In this document: positions 25,960-40,185 of the stretch, one piece after another
Numbering within the stretch: position 1 is the first letter of the stretch
How the letters are laid out: each line of letters opens with the position of its first letter
Source: Lama glama
Lineage: Eukaryota
Assembly: GCA_028534125.1 (NCBI GenBank)
Contig: CM052817.1
Location: 19,656,001 to 19,720,000, forward strand
Direction: 5' to 3'
Length of the DNA stretch: 64,000 nt
Position numbers and translations under genes: made by a program
The notes under the pieces: model-generated
What the model saw: the letters and a program-made list of their open reading frames with translations, nothing else
Told to the model about the DNA's origin: nothing
Database searches by the model: none

Positions 25960-26210
25960 CAGGCAGAAAGGCTGTACACATTGCGTTTAAGAATACGGAG
26001 TTAAAGAGTCTGGGTCAAAATCGAGGTTCAACACCTTAAGAATTATAACTACAATAAAGTTAATTACACTCCCTCTCTGACTTATTTCCACAATCTGTAA
26101 AGTGGGGGAAATAACAGTTTTCCTAAGATTGTGATAAGAACTAAGCAATGTTGGAACATAGAAACATTCCTGAAGCATGGTAAAAACTTAATAAGGATAA
26201 TTAATTGTTA
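25960..26210 (+). mobile_element. MIR SINE
   Basis: ctctctgacttatttccacaatctgtaaagtggggaaataacag core. Confidence 0.75.
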
Positions 26211-28539
26211 CTTTAGGTGAAACAGCTATGTTTTACTCCAACCTAAAGTTACCATTTAGTTCAATTTTTACATTAAATTAAGCAATTCAGAAAAATATTA
26301 CCTTGTAGAATCATGTTGGAAAAATACATTTTTTTTCATTTTTGTTCTCTGAGTGACATTTAACACTTTGAATGAAATTGTACATAACCTGAATTAAACA
26401 GGTATGCCAGTGTTGTACAGAATCAGTCCTGGTAACTGTAAGAGCTTCAGTGTGGCGGAGGTACCCAATTTCAGATTATAGTAAAATGTTCCATTCTGTC
26501 CGGCTTCTCACAGACCGAGTTCCACTTCCCTCTGTACTAAGCCTATGTAGCTGTAAGATTTATCTAAAAAGTAATATTCATAATCTAAGTAACAAATTTA
26601 AACGTTAATATTGCCATTGGTTCAGTTATTATTTTGCTAAATCAAAATTATTCAAAGAACACTACTTACACACCTGAGGCTGACACAGGTACTGGGGATT
26701 AAAATGGAGACTCAATAAAAGATATCTTTCCTCGCTTATTCATTAATGATGCCCAAAAGGGCCAAGTGCTCTCTCCTTTATGCAGGTAGTCAGTGTTGGT
26801 GCAATGCTAATTCATTTTAAATTCCCCTACTCTAAATACAAACCATTCTCTTGTAATTGAAGCCATAGAATCCCCTGGGCTGATTAACTTCTGTCAAATA
26901 TTCATTTGTAACACACCTAGATTACACTCAGAGAGAGGATAATATGATGATCATATCAGGCACAGGCATCCTTGCAAATGTACTGCATCAATAGACATGA
27001 GATCTCCATGCAGCATAGTTCCCAGTGGATAGCAGATGCTCACGAGATATATTGGTAATGGGTAAGTGAGTGAATGCTTCAAACAAGAGCAGCAACAACA
27101 ATTCCAACAGTTTTCTATTCAGTGATTATACTACACACGTTTTATTCCTATGCCTTACATCAGCCTTGATAATTAAATATTACCTCAATTTTACATAAAA
27201 TTAAGGTGAGGGCCAGAAAAGTTGAGAACATGAAAAATAACTCATAATAATAAGAAATCAATTGTTTCCTTTTGAAGTTAAGGAAAAATCGGCATAGTGG
27301 ACTTCAAGGACATTCTGTAAAGATGCATGCTTTGAATCCACAGCTATGAGTCAGATATAGGCAAGAGGAAAATCGAAAGTTGGATAGTCTATTACAGATA
27401 CCCCTATACCAACGTGAGGGATCCTCATTCCAGGACCCTAGACAGCAGGAGGCTTAGACAGCACCAGGGTTGACCAGCTAACTGATTCTACTTCCTCTCC
27501 CTAGGAGGATATGAACGTATTGATGCCAAGTTCTGTTTAGATGTCAAAAGAGCTGAATGTCTGTAAGAAGAAAAAAAGAAAAGAACAGGCACAGAGAAGT
27601 TACCTGTTTCTGAGATCCCACAGTATATCGCACTTTGAGTGTCAACCAGAGCTGCATGTCTGGAAGCTAACTCTCTTCTTGCTGCAAAATTTTTAGCTTT
27701 GTTTTGTTTTGTTTTTAGGGCTAAACAAATCATAATCTCACAGGGAAGATCTGCATGGTCTCCTGTAACAATAGGCAGCCCACCTGGAATATTCGCCCAG
27801 CTGCATGAAATGTTAGGCAGTATTCATACGAGTTTTGCAGAATTCATGGACCTGGTGGAATTCAATGTAAAAATGGTAATGTATTTTCTTTTAAGTATTT
27901 TTGTAAGGAAAATATTCTCATCTTAATCAGAAGCTCAAAGGATTTTGTAACCCAAATGTAGTCTCTTGGGAGACATGCAGTGATAAATGCCTTTACGTGT
28001 GGTGTGTGATAGAAGCACCAATAGGTTGCCATGGAATTTGAGATTAGAGTCAACTGGTTCAGACATAGATTTCACAGGACAATTCTAGCAAAAAATGATA
28101 CTTAAAATTACCTTTAAATGATGAGTGGGAGTTAACTGGTTGCTTTAAGATGTCAAGAACACTTTTAGTGAGAGAAACAGTAAGTGCCAGGAGACAATTG
28201 CAGAAGAGCCCGATTCTTCATCTAAACAGCAAGTTGTTCAGTATAGTCAGAATTAAGGGTGAAAAGAGAATCACGGTGAAAATAAAAACCCACTTCCTAG
28301 TTTACCCATTAAATTACCCTAGCTCAAGTTCTTTTTAAGCACGTTTAAGCAGCACAATCCCTTGTTCTCTGACAATCCGCCTATGGCTTAAGACATTAAC
28401 GATCAATAATATAATCCAGTTGGAGAGGGGAATCAAGAAGACACTCATTTTGCATTTGGGGGAACATATTAAGTTTGGGGAAGAATTTCATCATTCAAAG
28501 AAAAATAATAAGAAAATAAAAATAAATGTTGAGGTTATA

Positions 28540-29400
28540 AAGATAGAAAGTCATGCTCTCAAAAGAAAGCAATAAAAAACAAAACTTTTGGAAAAAGATG
28601 TGTTACCAAGCACAGAAGTAAAATATAGAGAGTTTCTGATTTGTGCTCCTGGTAAAATGAAAGAAAACCTGAAATCTATGAAACAAAAGATTGCAGACAA
28701 GATGACAAGACCAAAGATTTCATTGAAATTGTATCATTGGAAAAGAGGTTAAAAAATACATGAAATAAGGAAATGACTTAATAAAACTGAAAACACATTA
28801 CAAATAATTTTAAATGTTTTGTTAAGTTGTTAGTAATGAAATCAATTATGTAAAAACTCAAACCAGTGATACAGAGAACAAACCTACATTCATAGTTGAG
28901 AATTCATGGTGGGAAGTTTAAGGGATAATGATCATCAGAAAGAAGAAGAGGATGAACCCTGGGTGTGTTAGGGTTAGGACTAGAATTAGAATTGGATTTA
29001 CCCAGTGCAAGTGTTAGGATAGTGTTAGGTTTGGAGCCACATTAATAGATCACTGAAGTTATTTGAAGAGTTGAGAATAAATGGGAAGAATAAAAATATT
29101 CTAATTATTATAGAGAACATATTTTCTGAAATAAAGAAATCATTGACTCTACAGACAAAACTATCCCTTGATTTGCGTGACTAATTAAGTAAAGGGAACA
29201 AAGCCACATTGGAAATATGTTAATGAAATGCTTGACTTTTAAGGAAAATAAAAGAAAAACCAAACATTCAATCAACACACAGGCAGAAGAAAAGAGTTTA
29301 TCAAAATTAAAAATAAAACAAATCACTAAGCTCTGTGCTATGATTTTTGCATATGATCGATTAATTTTCACATAATTGTGAAATTTGTGAAAAACTTCCC
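28540..29400 (+). mobile_element. Ancient L1/HAL1 ORF1-like relic
   Basis: A-rich sequence with ORF1-like motifs (attttctgaaataaagaa...gactctacagac; tgaaatgcttgactttaagga). Confidence 0.5.
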
Positions 29401-29534
29401 AATTTGTTTTCTGAAATAAGCATAATCCTGACATCAAAAGTGGTTAACAATAAATGCTTTGTAAAGAACTTGACTAAATTCAATCTGTCTTCATTCCTTA
29501 TTCTGTTGTAACATTGGGAAATATTACAAATGCA

Positions 29535-30034
29535 NNNNNNNNNNNNNNNNNNNNNNNNNNNNNNNNNNNNNNNNNNNNNNNNNNNNNNNNNNNNNNNNNN
29601 NNNNNNNNNNNNNNNNNNNNNNNNNNNNNNNNNNNNNNNNNNNNNNNNNNNNNNNNNNNNNNNNNNNNNNNNNNNNNNNNNNNNNNNNNNNNNNNNNNNN
29701 NNNNNNNNNNNNNNNNNNNNNNNNNNNNNNNNNNNNNNNNNNNNNNNNNNNNNNNNNNNNNNNNNNNNNNNNNNNNNNNNNNNNNNNNNNNNNNNNNNNN
29801 NNNNNNNNNNNNNNNNNNNNNNNNNNNNNNNNNNNNNNNNNNNNNNNNNNNNNNNNNNNNNNNNNNNNNNNNNNNNNNNNNNNNNNNNNNNNNNNNNNNN
29901 NNNNNNNNNNNNNNNNNNNNNNNNNNNNNNNNNNNNNNNNNNNNNNNNNNNNNNNNNNNNNNNNNNNNNNNNNNNNNNNNNNNNNNNNNNNNNNNNNNNN
30001 NNNNNNNNNNNNNNNNNNNNNNNNNNNNNNNNNN
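29535..30034. other. Assembly gap (500 N)
   Basis: Run of N. Confidence 1.
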
Positions 30035-30319
30035 ATTCTAGATCTGCCTAAGAAATCTTGCTTTTTGCTTTTGATCTTATTATAAGTTAACAGATTTCCC
30101 TGGTGTGAACTGCATTTACATTCTGCCCATTGATCTTAACAGATTTTTTTAAAATCTTTTTTTCTCCCAATGCCAACTAGTTATCATCATTATTTCCTTA
30201 AATACAATTTCCTGACACCCACCTGAACTTTGTCCCGGAAGTAACAGTTGACTTGTCCCCTAGTTTCTGCCTCCCTGAATTTCCATGCATGCTTACTTAA
30301 CCTGTTGGAGGTAACCCAG

Positions 30320-30722
30320 TGTTATGGGGTGAATTGTGTCACCTCCTCAAATTCATTTGTTGAAGTTCTAACTCCCAGTGAATGTTACTGTATTTGGAGA
30401 TAGGGGCAATTGCTTTTAAGAAGGCAATTAAGTTAGAATAAATAACATCATTAGGGTAGATGCTAATCCTATATGACTGGTATCTTTATAAGGATAGGAG
30501 ATCAGGACACAGACATACACAGAGAGAATGCCATGTGACACACATGGGAAAAAAGTGAGCATCTTCAAGGCAAGGAGAGAAAGCTCAGGAGAAGCCATCC
30601 CTGACAACACCTTGATCTCAGACTTTTGGGCTCCAGAAATCTGAGAACGTGCATTTCTGTTGCTCAAGCCACCCAGTCTGTGGCATTTTTTTTTTTTAAC
30701 AGTATCTCTATCAAACCAATAA
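30320..30722 (+). mobile_element. MaLR solo LTR (MLT1B-like)
   Basis: tgttatggggtgaattgtgtc...caacaccttgatctcagactt...aagccacccagtctgtggca. Confidence 0.9.
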
Positions 30723-31239
30723 TTGAGACACTTGTTGGAGATTTCCAGTAAACTACTGGTAATGGCAAAATTCCATTGAATCTCTACTTCTTTTAACAAA
30801 TAGTACTGAGTCAGAGATGGGACTACCATCTAAGGACAAGAAGAAAATTAAAATAGAAATGTTATCCTGGGCATTGGGGCACTTACAGTCTAACCTGGAT
30901 AAAAGTAGAACTAACTGGAATAATATGTTTTAAGGGAAAAGAAGAGAAAACATGTTAACCAAAATCAAAATGGCTCATAGTGTTCTCACAGTCATGCAAA
31001 GTCAGCGGTTGTCAAAGTGCTTCAACAATGTAATGCAGCCTGTAACCTACAGACAATATAACGTCTGTGACCTACGACACACGGTTGCTTTAAACTCCTG
31101 CATTTTGTGTCTGTTTTCGTTTGTCTATTTTACTTTTTTAAGACAGTCTTTAAATTGAAACTCTAAAGTTCTTTAAATTTAAAAGGCTGGAACAAATAAT
31201 ACAAAGTTATGAGAGAACTACCTTAAATGAACCATAACG

Positions 31240-31830
31240 TGTTTACAATTCCAGACAAACCATAGCCTTTGGGCAAAAGAAACTTACAGTTGTCATTTTT
31301 AGAACAAGCTGGAGTGAATAATTAAGGATATATGGTAGCTGCAAAACAATTGGCCTAGAATTAAAAACAAACAAACAAACAAACAAAAAATGCCATGAAA
31401 GACAAAACACTTTGGTGAAGTGTTCTAGATTAAAGAAACTTAACAGCCTTTCCAATTAAGATGAGCATGTGCTTCTTTAATTCTAAAGGTAAGAAGCAGC
31501 TATGAAGATTAGGGAAGAATGTGGAGATTTTTGAATGTAAACTGCATATTATATTGAATTCTCTCAGTGTCATAATTATACTGCAGTTATGTGGAAGAAT
31601 GACCTGGTTCTTGGGCAACACATGGTGAAATAAATGTCAGTGTCTGCAACTAAATAAAATCTTTCAGCAAAAACTGTGTATATTTAATATACATATGCAT
31701 ATATGAAGAGAGCAGAGACAGAGAAAGCAAATATATCCTAAAGTTTAAAAATGTGAACTTATGTTGATATTCTATAGAAGCATAAAAAGATATTTTATTC
31801 AACACTTTAAGCTTCGGAAAATATTGTACT
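31240..31830 (+). mobile_element. Old L1 (L1MC/ME) 3' UTR relic
   Basis: ttctagattaaagaaacttaa...gttatgtggaagaatgacctggttctt...gtctgcaac. Confidence 0.6.
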
Positions 31831-34479
31831 CAAGAAATTGTCAAGCGGTAAACAATTAATTTAATTGTTGAAAAGTTCTAGAATGGATTGCCTAAAAGAT
31901 AGTTTAAAATAATCTAATAATGAGTAATTATCTATTAAACTAACACAGTTTTCTTAATCATTAAAATATGTTATGCTATTTTTACCTTATTTTCTGTTAG
32001 GAGGGAAATGCCAAGTCACACGTTAAATTCCTCAAAACCTTTTGTGGTAGACTTGTGATTAAGTCAATGGAAGATGGGATATGTAATAAATGGAGTGCTG
32101 GAAGACCCACAGATGCAGTAGTCTATATTTGCCTCTTCAATCCATCAGTAAATATAACTCCTAAATTTAATATTTTCTATGTTTTCTTTACAATGATTAT
32201 AATAGAATCAGTGGTCTTTACGACACTACTTATTTCCAGAAATCTATGACTTACCATACATGTGACAATTAACCAGGAGTGAAAGCACATGTGAACGTAG
32301 TTAATTATAATTTTGCTACTCAGTTTTCTCTGCATGTTTGAAAGTTCCAATTATGATGGCTATATGTGGACAAACTGCAAGAAAGTCACATTTAACATAT
32401 GCCTATATTGACCAAAGGACAATTAAAAGCCATTAAAATGACAAACATTAGACATGGCATTATTAACCTGAGCATAAACTGGACAAAAAAATCTATATTC
32501 TAGCAATTTAAAAATAATTTAAATGCAAAAATACCTCATGCATTTAAAATCATACTGCTTTGAAGCCAATAAAATCCACTCACATGGTAAAAAATAAAGA
32601 GAATTGGTTATTTATTTTGCAGCTGAATAAATCCTCCTAGATTCCTAGGCAAATAGTAAACTCTGAGTTCTAACTTATTTAGGAGGGAGGCAAAAAACAA
32701 TGGTTTGTTCTGTAAATGTCTGCTTATAGGAGTGAGAGAATTGAGGCTTAAGGAGATTAAAAAAATTGATTAAGGACACATCTAATTAGGGGAAAAACAG
32801 TGTTTGGACTCACATCTATATGACCTCATTTTCTGTGTTCCCTGTCATTGTACTGTGTACTACACAGAAAGCCATCAATATTCATGTTGTAAATTTTGAA
32901 TCCTGGTCCAAATATTCACTGTCATGAATTTGGAAAGTCCTGATTCTTGCTCTTTAAAACGAGGACAATAAATTCCACATTTGGAGACAAGTTTTGGAAT
33001 TAAATGTCATATTATAATTATTAAGAGTTGAAAAGGATACAATGCAAAGCATAGCTAAAATAATTTTAAAGCTGAAAATGTACACAGTGAAGATTATATC
33101 CAACTCTTTCACTTTACACATAAAGAATTCTTAGTTAAATACCCTTATGATAATTGTTTCAATTCTCAAATACAGTGAAATAAAATGTATGTGCTAGCAA
33201 ACCTGAAAAACAAGCAAGTTGAACAGCTTGAATAGTACTTCATGTCAACTCAAGCACTGCATTATTTTAATAAATTATTTAAACATTAGAACAGTTTTTC
33301 TAAAACATTTTTCAGGGTTACTGAATATGAAAAAAATGTAAAATATGAAATATATGTAATATAAAATATAGGTAAAATAATTACTGACAATATATAATAT
33401 TAATTATATAAACTATATAAATACTTTATAGAGATGAAATAATATGAATAGGCAATACATTATTTAATGAACATGTATGAATATTTATATTATGCAAATA
33501 TAAACATTCAATATACTCAATGTATATATAAATATTTATATTATATAAACATAAACAATACATATAAAAACAAAAATAGCAACAGGCTAATAGAAAGCTG
33601 TTTATAAAAACTGGCTAAATATAAAATGTATCATTTGAGACTTTTCTCTTCTTTCCCTTCTTTTCACTCACTCCTATGCCCTAGAACATCATGTAGCACT
33701 TTATCTTTTCCGAGTATTTTACTGTATTATGTATTTTCTTAGGCTAATCTGGGCTTTCTTTTATTCATCAACTATCCTCTCACCAGCCTGCCTCTATCAA
33801 AGTGTGTCAATACTTTGCATATAATTTCTTTTGACTCTTTGTTTTAGATCCTTTGCCATTCAAAAAAAATACTGCCTTATAATTTCATGGAACATTTATC
33901 TCAGGCAGTGATGTTAACTGGCTACAAGAGAGTGGAAAATGCAGTGTTTTATGTCCAGCCTAAGGAAGGACACAGAAGGACAACAACTCACCTTCCATGT
34001 TCAGGGTTGTCTGAAAACTTGCATGCAGTCATTAACAGTGGAGATTTTACTCAGGAGAAAATAGGAAATACTTTTGATTTTTGACCTTGATGTCGTAGGA
34101 TGATATTTCTCTTGTCCATTCTTACTCTGTTGTGCTACTTTATCAGCTACAGTCATTTGAAAAGACCTGTTTCTATATGTGGAGATACTGCACAGTGTTT
34201 TATTATTCTTCCTCCACCCTAAGGTAGTAAAAATTACATTAACATATTTCATATGTGGGAATTGACAAAAGCCACCTTTAATCAAGTAATTTTATAACAA
34301 TCACAAAAAAAGTATACATTTCCTGGGAAAAAAGGGTCATAAAATTTATGGAATAATAGAAAGGAAAGTCTATATTAATGATACTGTGTTTTTAATTTCA
34401 AATTCCACTTATTCATTGCTGCTATATAGAGAAGCAATTGACTTTTGTATATTAATCATGTATCCTGCAATGGCTGGTC

Positions 34480-35050
34480 TGATAATGTGACTAAATTCAA
34501 TCTATTCCTTTCATATCTGAGTCTGTTCTGTCTATTCAAACTGTGATTTTTGCCTTTATTACACCTTGCCATGTTTTTTTTGTGTGTGTGTGAAAGCCTG
34601 AAATGATATAGTTCATTAAAGGAACTTCTGCAAATAGACTTTAGTGATGTGGTAGTAACCTATAGGAAGAGAGGAAGTGTTCTCTAGTCCTATGATTAGA
34701 TTTGTCTTTTAGTGAGTCTGTGTTCCTAAACTATGACCTTCACAAGTGCGTCTCAGAGGGAAGAATGGTTAGGAGGGGCAGGAGTTCAGTAATTCCTTTT
34801 CCCCGTTTAGAAGCCTAAGCAGAGCCTGGAGTTGGATCTTTCCCTTCCTCTGGGTCAGTTGAGCTGCAATAAAATTCTGATAGGTTAATAGTTAATAGTT
34901 AAATGATAATCACTGTATGAACCTGGTAGACCTCTTGGAGGTAAAAATCACTGACATGCAGAGTTTCCATAACATAGGATCCCCCTGGAATTTTTTAGAA
35001 CTTAGAGTTTCCCACACTGAGCCTCTGGCAATTTGTAAACTGAAGTTTAG
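34480..35050 (-). mobile_element. L1MD-like 5' region
   Basis: ctttagtgatgtggtagtaa...agtgttctctagtcctatgattag...ctatgaccttcacaagtg. Confidence 0.65.
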
Positions 35051-35499
35051 ATTTCCAAGTATAATACTGAAATGTGAAGTAAGGAGAGAGAATGACACAG
35101 TGCTAATTCTGGATGTAGGTATAATAAATGTTAACATAGTTAAGCCACAGACTCACTAAGTGAGAGATATGTGCTAAAAGCCCTGGCTTCATTTTTCAGG
35201 TTAAATGCTTAGGAATTTTGGTGAATTTTTCCAACAGTATAATATAGAAACACCTAAGTGAAAGACTAACAGTGTTAACATTTCAAACAATATTGCCTCT
35301 ATTGAATTTTAAGAATAAAAGTGAGGTTGGTTGAAACATCCTAGATAATTACCTGGTTATTTGTTACTTTGAAAATGTAGATAATTCCTCAATTAAATTA
35401 TTAAGAATTTTAACTGAGACAAAATGTGAACTGCCTTGCTTGTTTCTGTCATTTCCCTGGGTTATATCATAATATCATTTAATTATCAGAAGTATATCC

Positions 35500-35957
35500 T
35501 TACTATTAGTTTACTAAGACTATTATGCAAGGCACCATGCATGGAGTGGCTTATGTAACAACAGCAGTTTTAGTCTCATAGTTGTGCTCCATAGTCAGAA
35601 ACCAAGGTGTTAACAGGTCCTGCTCCCTCTAAAATCTGTAGGGGAAGTCTGCCTAACATCTTCCAAATTCTGGTAGCCCCAGATGTTTTTTGGTTTGTGT
35701 TAGCATAACTCCAATCTCTGGCTCCGACTCACATGGTGTTTTCCGTTTAACTCTTCACGTTATCTTCACTGTGTGTGTGTGTGCATTCACCGAAATTTCT
35801 CATTTTCAGAAGGACTTCAGTCACATTGGATTAGGCCCACCCTTAGGACCTCATTTTAACGTAATTACCTCTATAATGATCCTATTTCTGATTAAGGTAC
35901 TGGGGATTAGGACTTCAACTTGTCTTTTGTGGGGAAGACTAAATTCAATCCACAGTA
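35500..35957 (-). mobile_element. MaLR solo LTR (MLT1C-like)
   Basis: aaggacttcagtcacattggattaggcccaccc; ggtactggggattaggacttcaac. Confidence 0.85.
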
Positions 35958-38038
35958 CTTAGGATTCTTTTCTTTACTATAATAAGATATCTATTATATT
36001 TTTGCTTTGTTAAACTTGGCTAACAAAAGCCAAAGAGTATTTTATTTATTTTTTACTACTCAGAACTACATAAAAATATATACACTTAAACTCTAAGAGA
36101 TGGGGAGCTGGCTGACAACTAGGGCCATTGTCTGTAGGAAAAATGTGTGAAGAAAATCAGCTTAAAAATAACTTTTATTTCTATAATGCTGAGTTACATA
36201 AAATTTTAGCTTGACTAAAACTCTTGGCTCTTTCTTTTGACTGCAAAATCTCAATTCTTTCCCAAAGCAAGTACATCCTACAATAGAGTCAGTTAGTATT
36301 TGGTAATGAGGAACTGCAGAAAAGATGTAATTCCAAAATAAATTTTTTTCCTTTTCATTATCTGTGGAACTTCACTTATTTCACAGTTCAGTTCAAAATC
36401 CTATAGTTTAGATTTCACATTCATGATCATCGATCTGTTTGCAGCCCGGGATGCCAGCATCCTCTTTAGAATCATTAATTTCAGAATATCAATATTCCAG
36501 AGGGAAGAAAAGCTTCCTATTTCTCTTTTATCTTTATGACCTAAGTTTTAATAGACTGGAATATAATAAGGAGAAATCGCAAGTAATTAAAAATATGGTA
36601 GTTTTAATTAAATAAAGAACCTACCATAATCATTATGATGATATCGAATGTATATATAAGATATATGTATATTACTACACATAAAATATAAGAAGGGGTT
36701 CATTTTATTTGAATTTAATACAGCATGGTATACTTTTCATATATTTATCTTGCTTTCTACTATAATTCTATCATTAAACATGAAATTTATTTACCATCAA
36801 GTGGTGCTAAACTCATAAATATAATCTAGGTAAATTCCCCCAAACTTTATTCTTTTATATTTTAATCAGTAGTTAACATCTTTCTTACTATATACCACCA
36901 GTATCTACTACAATTGTTTGTCATCCCAGTTACTAGAATATTCTCTTTCTACAAGACTATTGACATATTCTAAATGATTAGGCTAAAATGGGAAAAAATG
37001 TATGAAAACTTTAATTTTCTAGTAAAATGAACGATTTATGTCACTTGGGCATAGCATCATTTATAAGTTAGCACCTACATGTTAGTTCTTAAAAATATGT
37101 TTGGTGAACATAATATTCAATTTAATAAAGAAATGGTATGGCAATGAAAGTCATGAGATGAAATAATAGAAACACTTTGGAATATGTTTCTTCTTTCTCC
37201 CTGTCTTTCTGAAATAAAGCCCATCAAGAAATTTTGCATAAATATTGAAACTTGATTGTGTGTGAGACCCTGTACTACATAAAGTACATACTTCCTGTCA
37301 CAGTCCAATGACAAAAAGCTTGTCTTGATGGTCTAAATGACAAAATATGTGCCCCTCAAAGAGTGACATATACTTTAGCTATGTCTTTTACATATGTAAT
37401 AAGTGTGATTTGCCCAATCGATAATGTGAAAAGAGAGATATTTTTTTTTAATGTTCGGACATTTCAAATCAGTCATTTTTCCAATCTTTCTTCACCAAGG
37501 TGAGTGAGAATTCCATTGTCAATATATTCTTTTTTTAACCATCATTTTTTAAAATCATTTCCTATCTTCTCTTTCATCTTAATATCAAAATAGTAACAGT
37601 TTAGTAAAGTGTATGTCACTGCTCCTACCTTCCTGCACCTGCTCCCTTGGAAACTTCAAGTCCTCTTTATCTAGGAAAGGATTTCAATAACAAAGGCTTA
37701 TTAACTCTTAAAAAGATCAACTATAAAAATGTAACATGAGATTGTCTCATTCTTCGTCTGAAATCTTTTCAAATCTTCCTGTCACAATTAAGGTAAACTT
37801 CAGTCTCTTAGCTGACCTAGCCCCTTCCTCCCTCTTCCACTTCATCTGAGATCACTCTTCCCTGCGCACCTGGCTACAGCAGAACTGTCCTTTTTTTTCT
37901 TGGAAGAAGCTAAGTGTGTGCTTTTACAACACCAAACTGGACTATTCTTCTCACTTATATTCATCTAACGATGTAGGACATTTTCTTGATGTCACACAGA
38001 TCATCCTTTATCAGATGATGCACCCGTCCACCAGCCAC

Positions 38039-38413
38039 TGTGGAGTCTAGCAGTCAATTATCCTGGAATTTATCCTGGAAAATTATGCTCAGCATGTATG
38101 TCATCTTACCCAGCTATGACCACGAGGTAAGTTACCCCTTGCAGGAGGGACAGCCTGAAGCCAATGACCGCTTGGTGTGGGAGTAGGAAGTCCAGCTTCC
38201 TTGACTCAAGAGATTAACAACCCTGAGGTGCAATTCATGCTCCAGAGCTTCCCGTGGCTCAGACCGAGAACACGCATTTTACGTAGCTTCTTACCGCGAC
38301 CAGTTCTGATTTCCTCCCTCCCTTTTACGTTTTGCCTAAAGCACATCTTTGAAAAACACTTTTGCATGAGAATCCTCATCTGAGGCACTGCTTGGAGAAT
38401 AAAACCTAAGACA
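38039..38413 (+). mobile_element. 5' LTR (LTR16 family) of an ERVL provirus
   Basis: Ends cacttttgcatgagaatcctcatctgaggcactgctt...cctaagaca, directly followed by internal gttgataccag. Confidence 0.8.
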
Positions 38414-38769
38414 GTTGATACCAGATACACAGTCCAAGAAAGTGGACTTTAAGAATAAATTTCTAGATTTTGCACAGTTTGTTTCCTGAATGACAGTGCC
38501 TGCCCTGTTGCCCTTGGTGTGCTCCAGCAGCATGACTGCTGAAACATTCCCTTCTTGTAAACTAGGTCAACGTGAAAGTAGAAAAGATGCTCTGCCTTGT
38601 GCAATGTCTCTGATATTTGAGAAATCTGAGGGGACTAATACCCACAAGGCTTGTGGAATTGGGTGGATACTACTAAGGCCGTGGATTTGTATCTGTTATT
38701 TGTAAATTTTTAACAAAAAATATAAGAGTCAAAGGGCCCCTTTGAAAGTATTCAAAGATGTCTTAATTT

Positions 38770-39170
38770 CCTTTAGCTGGAGGGAATCGGTTGCAGCCAC
38801 TCCACAGAAATAGAATGTACCTCTACCTAAAATGTGGTTTGCTTGTTGAGGTCAATGATGTGATACACACGCTGAGAGAGTATGAAAGATGTGCTAATCG
38901 TATAATCTGGCTTTCTGGAGAGAGCAGGACAGCTTTCCAGGAAGTGTAAGGCATCTTGAGAGAACAGGGAAAGGATACTGGATTGGGAGTTTTCTGGTAG
39001 TGAGGTGTTGGGGTAAGTCATTTGGTTTGAATCACATTAGTACCAAGGGAGGGAGCACACAGGCTTTCTTGTCAGATTTCTCTGATATAGGGCAGAAAAG
39101 GAAAGATGGAGAGGTTAGGTTGAAAAGATGTCAGAAGTCAAACTTGAAATAATTGATTCAGACTAGTACA
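38770..39170 (-). mobile_element. ERVL LTR of the LTR53/MER74 group nested in the provirus
   Basis: agggagcacacaggctttcttgtcag...tgtcagaagtcaaac...tcagact..ca is the antisense 5' end of this LTR group. Confidence 0.6.
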
Positions 39171-39966
39171 GAAGACAAAGGTGAAAATTTGCTCCTTACC
39201 GTAAGATCATGAGACATTCAGAAAAGGTTGCATTTCTTAGACTAGGCAACACTTTCCTGCCAAAGTCAGGGTCCTGATAAGAAGTGGAATGAGTTTGGGA
39301 TGGAGATGTCTGTGCAGATGCATCTGAGAAACTTAAAAATTAGAGCTCTCTCAGAACCTTCTGGATTTACAGAAAGTGACTCCCTCTGCTTTGCTGGAAG
39401 ATCAAACCTCCATCACTCCTAGGACTGAAAGGACTCTTCAAATAAGATGGATGCTTTGCAATGCTTGTCTTTCTAAAGATCTCTCACTGTTTCATGGCAT
39501 AAAACCAATAACTAAGATCAAATTTCAGCATTGTCTGGGGAAATGCCAGATCTGATAAGGGAAGAGAGAAATTTTACACTAGAGAAGCTATAGGACATAG
39601 CTAACATATACTAGAAGGATATGGCTGAGGAGGGCTGAAAGATAATCCTTAGGGTGCTGAACCAAAGGTGGGGGGAATGCAAAGCTGAATAAAGGAGATT
39701 TTGTTGGTATAGATATGCTGCCTCACACCTGAGGATGTAACGTCTTGGCAAGGGTCCCTGAAGCTTGTTTTCACATGCTGATGAGATGACTGTTGGAAGT
39801 TTGGAAAAAGTAATGGTTCACATTAAATGCAGTATAGTTGCCAGATCTGTCACGGCAGGCTTTGGAGAATAAAAAATAAATTAGAAAATTGGCAATTACT
39901 AAATTAAGCTACTGTATAGTTCTGGAAAATTGAATGGCTGACTGTATTTTTTTGAAGGGGGTAGAC

Positions 39967-40185
39967 AAAAGTTTTTCAGCCTCCACCCTTTTGACATTTT
40001 GAGATTGATCATTTTTCATTGTGGAGGTAGGGAACTAACTTATGGATTGCAGAATATTTAGCAGCATTCCTAGTCATTATACACTAGATGTTAATAGCAC
40101 CTCCTCAATTGTGACAACTGAAAGTGTATGCAGACTTTATTCCTTAGGGTGGGGGGAAAGCATTGCTATTGGTTGGAAATCAGTG
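39967..40185 (-). mobile_element. MER20 (hAT-Charlie) nested in ERV gag
   Basis: ttgacattttg...tttagcagcattcc...cactagatg...ttgtgacaac...cagtg. Confidence 0.85.

Noticed and set aside
33330..33570. Extremely AT-rich block as a special element
   Set aside because: Low-complexity TA-rich sequence with no definable repeat unit.
37472..37505. Consensus splice donor AAG|GTGAGT
   Set aside because: No convincing partner acceptor or frame; isolated motifs are common.
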